16,767 nucleotides of DNA, from IMG/VR virus record IMGVR_UViG_2877263951_000002; one strand, written 5' to 3'. The stretch comes from a virus. Lineage: Duplodnaviria; Heunggongvirae; Uroviricota; Caudoviricetes. Position numbers and translations under genes: made by a program. This document shows positions 8,369 to 16,079 of this stretch, one piece after another. The notes beneath the pieces were generated by a model. That model saw only the letters and a program-made list of their open reading frames with translations, had not been told where the DNA came from and searched no databases. Position 1 is the stretch's first letter, and each line of letters begins with the position of its first letter.

Positions 8369-8725
8369 TCAGTGGAGATCGCCTTTTTTGATAGTGCTGG
8401 CATCAAAATCAGAACCGAGATTAACGGTCACGTAGCCACGCTTCATGGCGTCGCCCGGGAAGTTCTTGCCTGTTCCCACCTGGCGAACCATGTCCGGCTG
8501 CGACGTGGTCGGATAAGGGCGCACGTAGATCCCCTTCACCTTGTCTGCGGTATCACCATCTGCCAGCGGCACGAAAAAACCGTCATCATCGTATTTACCA
8601 GCCAGGCCATAGGCAGCGAAGGCGTTATCGGATTTAAGGACCACCGGTTCGACGGTTAAGTCCTGCGGGCGAGAGACAGCCCCGGCAATGCCAACAGGCA
8701 TCCGGTACAGAAATACATTATTCAT
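8369..8725 (-). CDS. small phage head-module protein (possible decoration/structural protein)
   Basis: ATG 8723-8725 with AAGGG upstream, stop TGA 8369-8371, 118 aa; lies between scaffold-like gene and capsid gene. Function inferred only from position. Confidence 0.4.
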   Translation of the reverse strand: MNNVFLYRMPVGIAGAVSRPQDLTVEPVVLKSDNAFAAYGLAGKYDDDGFFVPLADGDTADKVKGIYVRPYPTTSQPDMVRQVGTGKNFPGDAMKRGYVTVNLGSDFDASTIKKGDLH

Positions 8726-8728
8726 TTT

Positions 8729-9172
8729 TTACCCTTTACGGTTTGCCCAGAATTCAGCGTTTTGTTTGTTCAGGGAAGCGATACTGGTCATGCCCATGTT
8801 TAGGCGCTGTGCATCGCCGGTGGTGGCGCGGGTGTTTCGCCCTTTGGCAACCTCAGACACGGCATTAAACGCCATGTCGACCGATTGTTTCGGTAATTTG
8901 CGGATATCCGCATCACCGACTATCTGGCGAACCAGCGTTTTGTCAGCAGAAGCCAGAACCTCGCGTTTGAACGCGGTCGGTTTCATCTTACGGCTCAGAT
9001 CGATACCCGGAACGATAACTTCGGCACGCCAGGCTGAGTCACCAGTAATCGTGGTTTCCTCTTCATCGTCCTCGCCGTCACCGGTCGGATTATCGTCAGG
9101 CTTATTATCGTTATCGCCCGTGGCATTTCTTTCCAGCTTAGCCAGCAGGGCTTTCAGTAATGTTTTGAGGTC
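8729..9172 (-). pseudogene. 3' part of phage scaffold/maturation-like gene interrupted by IS600 copy 2
   Basis: Minus-strand frame is open from the IS600 boundary (9172) to stop TAA 8729-8731 with no upstream start of its own (...DLKTLLKALLAKLERNATGDNDNKPDDNPTGDGEDDEEETTITGDSAWRAEVIVPGIDLSRKMKPTAFKREV...). It continues in phase with the 10437-11216 part across the 3-bp duplication. Confidence 0.6.
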
Positions 9173-9236
9173 TGAGGTAGCCTGAGTTTAACGGACACTC
9201 CTTCCTGAAATAGAATGGCATCAGAAGGAGCTAATA

Positions 9237-9539
9237 ATGAGCAGAAAAACCCAACGTTACTCTAAAGAGTTCAAAGCCGAAGCTGTCAGAACGGTTCTTG
9301 AAAATCAACTTTCGATCAGTGAAGGCGCTTCCCGATTATCTCTTCCTGAAGGCACTTTAGGACAATGGGTTACCGCCGCCAGAAAAGGGCTCGGTACTCC
9401 TGGTTCCCGCACGCTGGCTGAACTGGAATCTGAAATTCTGCAACTGCGTAAGGCGTTAAATGAAGCTCGCCTTGAGCGAGATATATTAAAAAAAGCAACA
9501 GCGTATTTTGCACAGGAGTCGCTGAAAAATACGCGTTAA
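9237..9539 (+). CDS. IS600 OrfA
   Basis: 100 aa; differs from copy 1 OrfA at 3 residues (Q6, G30, S35 versus R, D, F). Confidence 0.85.
   Translation: MSRKTQRYSKEFKAEAVRTVLENQLSISEGASRLSLPEGTLGQWVTAARKGLGTPGSRTLAELESEILQLRKALNEARLERDILKKATAYFAQESLKNTR
9488..9494 (+). other. programmed -1 frameshift heptamer A_AAA_AAA(G) of IS600 copy 2
   Basis: Same position as in copy 1 (offset 3394). Confidence 0.6.
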
Positions 9540-9574
9540 TCGAACAATGGCGACAACAATTTCCTATTGAAGCG

Positions 9575-10393
9575 ATGTGTCAGGTATTTGGTGTATCCAG
9601 GAGCGGTTATTACAACTGGGTACAGCATGAACCCTCAGACAGAAAACAAAGTGATGAGCGGCTAAAACTGGAGATTAAGGTGGCACATATCCGCACTCGC
9701 GAAACATATGGAACCCGGCGGCTCCAGACGGAGCTGGCAGAGAATGGCATCATCGTTGGTCGTGACCGACTGGCACGTCTTCGTAAGGAGCTGAGGCTAC
9801 GCTGTAAGCAGAAACGCAAGTTCAGAGCGACTACGAACCCGAACCACAATCTGCCAGTTGCGCCAAATCTGCTGAACCAGACGTTCGCTCCTACAGCACC
9901 AAATCAGGTCTGGGTGGCGGACCTGACGTATGTTGCCACACAGGAGGGATGGTTGTACCTCGCTGGCATCAAAGATGTTTATACGTGCGAAATTGTCGGC
10001 TACGCCATGGGAGAGCGCATGACAAAAGAGCTGACAGGTAAAGCCCTGTTTATGGCGCTCAGGAGCCAGCGCCCACCTGCCGGGCTAATCCACCACTCTG
10101 ATCGAGGTTCACAGTACTGCGCATACGATTACCGGGTCATACAGGAGCAGTTTGGTCTGAAAACATCAATGTCGCGTAAAGGTAACTGTTACGACAACGC
10201 TCCGATGGAAAGCTTCTGGGGAACGCTGAAAAATGAGAGCCTGAGCCACTATCGTTTTAATAACCGGGATGAAGCCATCTCAGTAATACGGGAATACATT
10301 GAGATTTTCTACAATCGTCAGCGTCGTCACTCTCGTCTGGGGAATATCTCCCCGGCAGCCTTCAGGGAAAAATATCATCAGATGGCTGCTTAA
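9575..10393 (+). CDS. IS600 OrfB
   Basis: 272 aa; differs from copy 1 OrfB at 2 residues (R versus C; F versus S). Confidence 0.85.
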   Translation: MCQVFGVSRSGYYNWVQHEPSDRKQSDERLKLEIKVAHIRTRETYGTRRLQTELAENGIIVGRDRLARLRKELRLRCKQKRKFRATTNPNHNLPVAPNLLNQTFAPTAPNQVWVADLTYVATQEGWLYLAGIKDVYTCEIVGYAMGERMTKELTGKALFMALRSQRPPAGLIHHSDRGSQYCAYDYRVIQEQFGLKTSMSRKGNCYDNAPMESFWGTLKNESLSHYRFNNRDEAISVIREYIEIFYNRQRRHSRLGNISPAAFREKYHQMAA

Positions 10394-10436
10394 AAAAAGA
10401 ACAAATGGTAGTGTCCGCTATTGCCAGTACACCTCA

Positions 10437-11216
10437 GTCATCATCACTGTCGCCGGTTGGATCTCCGCCCATCTCTGGTGCTTTGTCCGGTAGTGGTTGC
10501 TGCGGGGACAGGTTGATGTTGAGATTAACGCCCTGCGGCAAATCCCCCTCATCTCCTGTAACCGATGCGGGAGCCGACTCCACCAGTTCGTTCATGGTGT
10601 CGGCATCTCCTGTCTTGATGGCCGCACGCATGCGGTTCCACCAGTTTTTCTTTTGATTTGCCATTGTGTCTCTGTCTCCAATTGCACAACGATTTCCGGC
10701 TCTGCCTTTAGGGACAAGAGCCACATGGTTTCCGGTAATATCGACCTGCTCGGCTTTACCTGGCTCGGTCTGCTCGTACTCCGCGTCATAGCCGCACGAC
10801 ACTTCGCGCAGGCCATCTTCGATAAGCTGAATGGCGCTTTCGTCTTTGACGATAAGGTCAGCCAGCATCAAATCAGACTGCTCACCCGTCCCGCGCCGGA
10901 CATTCTGGAGGTGCCCGACAGCAAGCACTTTCCAGTTCTCGGGATTTACCAGCCGCACATTCCCGTTTTCATCTTCAGGATGCAGGATCGTGATGCTCAT
11001 CCCTTCGAATGAGGCAAGCGTGGCCGGATGGAATACCTGCTCAGGAGAACGCGTGACGACTATTTCAACGAACTTATCGGGTTTCAGTTTTGGCAGGTCA
11101 TCAGCACCATAGAGCTGCTTACCTGTTCGTCCTATCGGCACGTCTTTGCACAGCAACGAGCCGTCAGCCAGGCGGTATCGGGTTTCCCCGAGCCTGGTCT
11201 CAAAAAAGTATTTCAT
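10437..11216 (-). pseudogene. 5' part of phage scaffold/maturation-like gene (DUF2213-like by recall) interrupted by IS600 copy 2
   Basis: ATG 11214-11216; 260 codons ending ...PTGDSDDD, where the last D codon (GAC) is the target duplication and the stop TGA (10434-10436) is the IS600 terminus. Confidence 0.6.
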
Positions 11217-11219
11217 GGG

Positions 11220-12002
11220 TTATGCTGCCCTTTTCATTGCGAATGGAACGCGAACAAACACGATCTCTTTATAGCAGCGGCAGTTTGGCAGCTCGCCCGC
11301 GTGGCCGGTCATGCCGTCCAAAGTTGGAGGTGAATCCCAGCGGACGAATTTACCTTTCATGTGATCGTGGGAATCTCGGACATCGCCATCATCGGCTGTA
11401 CGCCAAATATAACCATCCGAGCCAATAGCTATCGCTCGGGCCATATCCAGCGCGCCCGTTGCTCTTCCCAGTTCCGTTCGGGCAATCAGATCGGCCCTAG
11501 ACTTAGCAACATCGCCGGTAGATGCAATCTCTTTAGCAAACTGCTCCGCCCGACCACCGGTGACAACAGCCTCTATCGCTTTGTTCTGGATGTCGTACAC
11601 CCTGTCTGCGGCCTCGAGAGGCAGAGATTTGATGTACTTGACCTGTTCGGCGATGATGGATTGCATCACCTGGCCCACAGGAGCGCTTTCCACAAGATTG
11701 CGGAGCTCGCGACTGATGTTCTTGCTGTGTTGCCGCCAAACTTTCTCGTTCTGCCGGGTTAGGTCCGCAGTAAAGTTTTCCGCGACCTTTGTCGCCCAGG
11801 GGGTGATGATTTCACTGTAACGCTCCAGCGCCGCAATAATTTCCGTGATACTGTCATTTGAACCATCGTAGCGACCATTTACGATGTCTCCGACCGCCCT
11901 CGCTATCCTGCGTAGGCTGGTTCGATACCGGATTTCCGCCTGACGGCTCCTGCGGTTCGTCATCAGGTTCGCCGATGCCGGGCGGCGCTTCATCTTCGGC
12001 AT
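11220..12002 (-). CDS. phage head morphogenesis protein (Mu F / SPP1 gp7-like minor head protein)
   Basis: ATG 12000-12002 (alternative ATGs at 11993 and 11963), stop TAA 11220-11222, 260 aa; C-terminal region with ...HAGELPNCRCY... typical of the Mu F-like family; lies directly after the portal gene. Start uncertain; overlaps portal 3' end by up to 149 nt. Confidence 0.65.
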   Translation of the reverse strand: MPKMKRRPASANLMTNRRSRQAEIRYRTSLRRIARAVGDIVNGRYDGSNDSITEIIAALERYSEIITPWATKVAENFTADLTRQNEKVWRQHSKNISRELRNLVESAPVGQVMQSIIAEQVKYIKSLPLEAADRVYDIQNKAIEAVVTGGRAEQFAKEIASTGDVAKSRADLIARTELGRATGALDMARAIAIGSDGYIWRTADDGDVRDSHDHMKGKFVRWDSPPTLDGMTGHAGELPNCRCYKEIVFVRVPFAMKRAA

Positions 12003-13320
12003 TCTCGATGTCCTCGTTGGTAATGGATGCCCCTATGCCGGTTACGTCAGAATTTTCTCGCAAATCAGTCATAGCGGCTTTCAGTGTCATCAGACCATCA
12101 CCCAGCGCCGTACTGATTGCGTTGGTGGTGTTTAACGCCACCGTTGAGCGATCGACATCAGACATTTGCCAGAGCGGGTTAAACTCAAACGTGAAATCGT
12201 CCGGCAGCGGCTTGCCAAGTTCCGAACGATGCATGATGTCCAGTATCCGCCGCACCGGAAGACGTAAACGCCTCTCCTGCAACGAACTGATGCGATCGTA
12301 ATAGTTGGCAAGGTCTGCATCACCGGTAGAAAATCCTTTCGGGGACTGTCCGAACAACCGCACCAGTGGGATACCAACAGCGCCACTAATCTGTTCTGCA
12401 AACTGCGAAAGGATGTCATCCAGACCACTGAAGCTGTACTGATGGGTTTCAAACTTATCCCGCGAGTCCATGAGCGTCATGCCTTCATTACTCTGGAACT
12501 GTCGAATCAGGTCGATATTCTTCAGCAACGCTTCATACGCAGGACCACCAAGTGCGATAAGCTCGCGTAGCTTCTCCACGCTGTAGGTACGCAAATGCGC
12601 CTTGTAGACCAGCTGCGCCGCGCCGACAGTAGCGCTGTCGAACGCGGTAAGACGATCCCAGATACGCTCTACAACCGACATTCCCCATTCGTTCTCGGTC
12701 ATCTTCTGCTGAAATGGCAACGTGACGCCATCAAAGCGAATCAGGCGACTGTGATGAATGCGCCAGGCAGGAATTCCCGTTGCTGTGGTCACCACATCGT
12801 AAAACTCAGGTTTACCCAGGTCCGGCCCCATATCTTTAATGCGGCGGGTCAGTGCCGGGTCGACCATCCAGCGGTCGAGCGGGAGAATCCCCTTAAACTT
12901 GCCCTTACCGATGGTTTCGGGTCGCAGCGGGGTCATTGGTGCCTGCCCCTCAATCATGATGAAACCCACCGCGCCGCCGTAGAGGCGCGACCATTTCAGC
13001 ACGTCATTCAGCGCATCCCAGATTTGCAACTCATCCAGTTGTGATTCGAGAATGCCACGATCTTTTGCATCAATTTCCGAAGTGATGCGAATGCCTTTGC
13101 GGGTCATATCATCCGGGATAGCATCGACTGCTTCGCCGATGATCCAGGATGAACGATAGGACCATTCCACCAGCATGCGGTTACGACTGGTGAAATTAGC
13201 CCGGTAGGTGGATGCTGAGTGCTGGTTAGGTGTCTGCATCCCTACTCGGGCAATAAAATTCTCATAACCATCAGCTGTGGCCTGCACAGTTCGCCGCAGG
13301 GCTTGTTTGTTTCGTGCCAT
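11854..13320 (-). CDS. phage portal protein (DUF1073-like by recall)
   Basis: ATG 13318-13320 overlapping the TerL stop (ATGA), stop TGA 11854-11856, 488 aa with acidic C-terminal tail; position between TerL and head morphogenesis gene. Confidence 0.7.
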   Translation of the reverse strand: MARNKQALRRTVQATADGYENFIARVGMQTPNQHSASTYRANFTSRNRMLVEWSYRSSWIIGEAVDAIPDDMTRKGIRITSEIDAKDRGILESQLDELQIWDALNDVLKWSRLYGGAVGFIMIEGQAPMTPLRPETIGKGKFKGILPLDRWMVDPALTRRIKDMGPDLGKPEFYDVVTTATGIPAWRIHHSRLIRFDGVTLPFQQKMTENEWGMSVVERIWDRLTAFDSATVGAAQLVYKAHLRTYSVEKLRELIALGGPAYEALLKNIDLIRQFQSNEGMTLMDSRDKFETHQYSFSGLDDILSQFAEQISGAVGIPLVRLFGQSPKGFSTGDADLANYYDRISSLQERRLRLPVRRILDIMHRSELGKPLPDDFTFEFNPLWQMSDVDRSTVALNTTNAISTALGDGLMTLKAAMTDLRENSDVTGIGASITNEDIENAEDEAPPGIGEPDDEPQEPSGGNPVSNQPTQDSEGGRRHRKWSLRWFK

Positions 13321-14053
13321 CAGGCCTGTCTCCCCAGCTGTTCCCAGATATCCAGCGATGTATCGATTGGCGCGAAGGCCATAATGAATGCATCAGCAAC
13401 GTTTGGTGACGGTATCTCGCGTTTTGCGAGGTCTTTTTTACTTTCGACCATCACACGTCCGTTACGGTCGAAATCACGATGAGGTGTTGTCAGTTCCAGT
13501 TTCAGCTTTTCAAGCAACGGACAACGAGAATCTATGCTGATCAGCTCATCCACAGGATACTGTTCTCCGTTGTTAATGGCGTTAAACGTATTTCTGAAAC
13601 GGTCAGCCACCATGCCTGAGCCTTAAGATTTGCGAAAAAGTCTTTGTTGGGGATGCCGTTGTACTCGTCATCTGGCTCATGCACACCAGCACCGGCGTTA
13701 AACCTCTGGTAATTCACACGTCGCGCGTATGCGTTCTCGCTCTTCCGGTCAGCGTTAATTTCAGAGAATTTAGCACCGGCAGACGCACCAACACCGATAG
13801 AGTCGTAAACAATATCTGCTTCACGCTCCAGCGCCGCCTGATAAGTACGCTGGCAGCTCTTCAGTAATTCATCTTCTTTGGCCTTCCATTCGTCGGCCCA
13901 GAAAACAACGGATCCGTGACGGTAAACGTTAGCGCACTTATCTGTACCACTGTCAGCCACGTCAAAGCCAATACGCTTTCTTCCACTGGGTTCGAAATTT
14001 AACGTTTTGTGCGCATCCACTGCGGCTTCTATCCAAGACAGTTTGATGATTGC
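13320..14053 (-). pseudogene. terminase large subunit, 3' (nuclease-domain) part; separated from its 5' part by IS2 and carrying a 1-bp frameshift near 13604-13612
   Basis: Two overlapping minus-strand frames: 14053-13544 (...NLKAQAWW LTVSEIR... stop 13541-13543) and 13622-13323 (...VADRFRNTFNAINNGEQYP...RVMVESKKDLAKREIPSPNVADAFIMAF..., stop TGA 13320-13322). Together they resemble a single TerL C-terminus. Confidence 0.7.
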
Positions 14054-14064
14054 TGGATTTGCCC

Positions 14065-14970
14065 CTATATTTCCAGACATCTGTTATCACTTAACCCATT
14101 ACAAGCCCGCTGCCGCAGATATTCCCGTGGCGAGCGATAACCCAGCGCACTATGCGGATGCCATTCGTTATAATGCTCGAACGCCTCTGCAAGGTTCTTT
14201 GCTGCCGTTAACCCGTCTGGTTTGGGCATGATACTGATGTAGTCACGCTTTATCGTTTTCACGAAGCTCTATGCTATTCCGTTACTCTCCGGACTCCGCA
14301 CCGCCGTGTTCTTCGGTTCAAGTCCCAACATCCGGGCGAACTGGCGTGTTTCATTAGCCCGGTAGCATGAACCATTATCCGTCAGCCACTCCACTGGAGA
14401 CGACGGAAGATCGTTGCCGAAGCGGCGTTCCACCGCTCCCAGCATGACGTCCTGTACTGTTTCACTGTTGAAGCCGCCGGTAGTCACCGCCCAGTGCAGT
14501 GCCTCACGATCACAGCAGTCCAGCGCGAACGTGACACGCAGTCTCTCTCCGTTATCACAGCAGAACTCGAACCCGTCAGAGCACCATCGCTGATTGCTTT
14601 CTTTCACGGCCACTCTGCCTGTATGTGCCCGTTTCGATGGCGGTACAGCAGGTTTTCGCTCAAGCAACAGCGCATTCTGGCGCATGAGCCGGTAAACACG
14701 TTTGGCATTGATCGCAGGCATACCATCAAGTTCTGCCTGTCTGCGAAGCAGCGCCCATACCCGACGATAACCATACGTGGGCAGCTCTCCGATAACATGG
14801 TGTATACGGAGAAGCACATCCGTATCATCAGTGTGACGACTGCGGCGGCCATCCATCCAGTCATCGGTTCGTCTGAGAATGACGTGCAACTGCGCACGCG
14901 ACACCCGGAGACAACGGCTGACTAAGCTTACTCCCCATCCCCGGGCAATAAGGGCGCGTGCGCTATCCAC
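14065..14970 (-). pseudogene. insD: IS2 insD (OrfB, DDE transposase domain) with in-frame TAG at 14269-14271
   Basis: GTG at 14968-14970 (the -1 frame entry point), frame open to TAG at 14269-14271 (233 codons), then the same frame continues for 67 more InsD-like codons to TAG at 14065-14067 (...[19 protein letters not shown]...NRCLEI). Recalled canonical InsD has Glu at this codon. Confidence 0.8.
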
Positions 14971-15293
14971 TTTTTTGCCCGTCCATATTCAACGGCTTCT
15001 TTGAGGAGTTCATTTTCCATCGTTTTCTTGCCGAGCAGGCGCTGGAGTTCTTTAATCTGCTTCATGGCGGCAGCAAGTTCAGAGGCAGGAACAACCTGTT
15101 CTCCGGCGGCCACAGCAGTAAGACTTCCTTCCTGGTATTGCTTACGCCAGAGAAATAACTGGCTGGCTGCTACACCATGTTGCCGGGCAACGAGGGAGAC
15201 CGTCATCCCCGGTTCAAAGCTCTGCTGAACAATTGCGATCTTTTCCTGTGTGGTACGCCGTCTGCGTTTCTCCGGCCCTAAGACATCAATCAT
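14928..15293 (-). CDS. insC: IS2 InsC (OrfA, HTH subunit)
   Basis: ATG 15291-15293, stop TAA 14928-14930, 121 aa [26 protein letters not shown]...; the 15 extra N-terminal residues in the ORF track are not used. Slippery heptamer A_AAA_AAG on minus strand at 14970-14976. Confidence 0.88.
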
Positions 15294-15384
15294 CTGTTCT
15301 CCAATGACTAGTCTAAAAACTAGTATTAAGACTATCACTTAAATAAGTGATACTGGTTGTCTGGAGATTCAGGGGGCCAGTCTA

Positions 15385-16079
15385 ATTGCCGCATCATCAT
15401 CAGACTCCGGAACGCCCTCATACACATGTTTAAAACCATCCGGATCACGGCGTCGCGCCGCGTCGATAACCTTAAGCATGGTGTCAGACAGAAACGGATT
15501 TTCGTCATAGTTAATTTTGCGGATGAGAGTGCCTTCGGGCGGATCAACAACGAAGTTGCGCCAGACGAAATCAGTAACAAGTCCGGGGTTGAATATGAAC
15601 CAGCATTCCGAACCCTCTTTACGGATCGTTGGCTCCAGAATTTTCCACTGGTATTCCGTCAGTGCGTGGGCTTCTTCCAGCCACAACATATCGATCCCCT
15701 CCAGTGACTTAATTTCTTCGATGTTGCGCCATAATCCATAAAAAACAAATTCCGAGCCAGTAACCCGGTTAATGATTTTGTTGTTCAGAATACGGAAACG
15801 GTGCCGCAGACCAAACCTGTCTATCTGAATTTTGAGCAGGGTATACACCGACTCTTCGATTTTATTCTGGATCTGACGGGCACAACAAAAACGCAGGGTG
15901 TATTTATTCGACAGAAATATGGCAATGCCAGCGGCATCCCATGATTTTGACGATGACCGACCACCATAAAGCACTTTGTTACGTGCCCGCATAGTCCAGA
16001 AACTACGTAAAGCCGGATTCAGCGTCGGTTTGGATGTCAGAGTAGAAGTCATTGAGGTCACGCTCTCCATTGCCATCAT
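15385..16079 (-). pseudogene. terminase large subunit, 5' (ATPase-domain) part, interrupted by IS2
   Basis: Frame open from candidate ATGs at 16091/16079/16076/16070/16052 (16079 chosen: AGGT 5 nt upstream) down to the IS2 boundary; contains a Walker A-like motif (VLYGGRSSSKS). The frame continues in phase into 14053 after removing IS2 and one copy of ATTGC. Start is uncertain; the TTG at 16160 in the ORF track is not used. Confidence 0.65.

Larger units (their letters stand above)
9173..10436 (+). mobile_element. IS600-like IS3-family insertion sequence, copy 2 (1264 bp) with 3-bp target-site duplication GTC
   Basis: Termini TGAGGTAGCC... / ...ACACCTCA; GTC at 9170-9172 and 10437-10439; same orientation as copy 1 and differs from it at 9 or more nucleotide positions. 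Confidence 0.88.
14054..15384 (-). mobile_element. IS2 (1331 bp) with 5-bp target-site duplication ATTGC, inserted in the terminase large subunit gene
   Basis: Ends TGGATTTGCCCCTATATTTCCAGACA (14054-) and ...GGTTGTCTGGAGATTCAGGGGGCCAGTCTA (-15384) match recalled IS2 inverted repeats; ATTGC at 14049-14053 and 15385-15389; insC/insD ORFs inside. Confidence 0.9.

Noticed and set aside
5779-10436. IS600-capsid segment-IS600 as a composite transposon.
   Set aside because: Copy 2 has its own 3-bp duplication and copy 1 has none, so the pair did not transpose as a unit into this site; the intervening genes are ordinary phage structural genes, not cargo.
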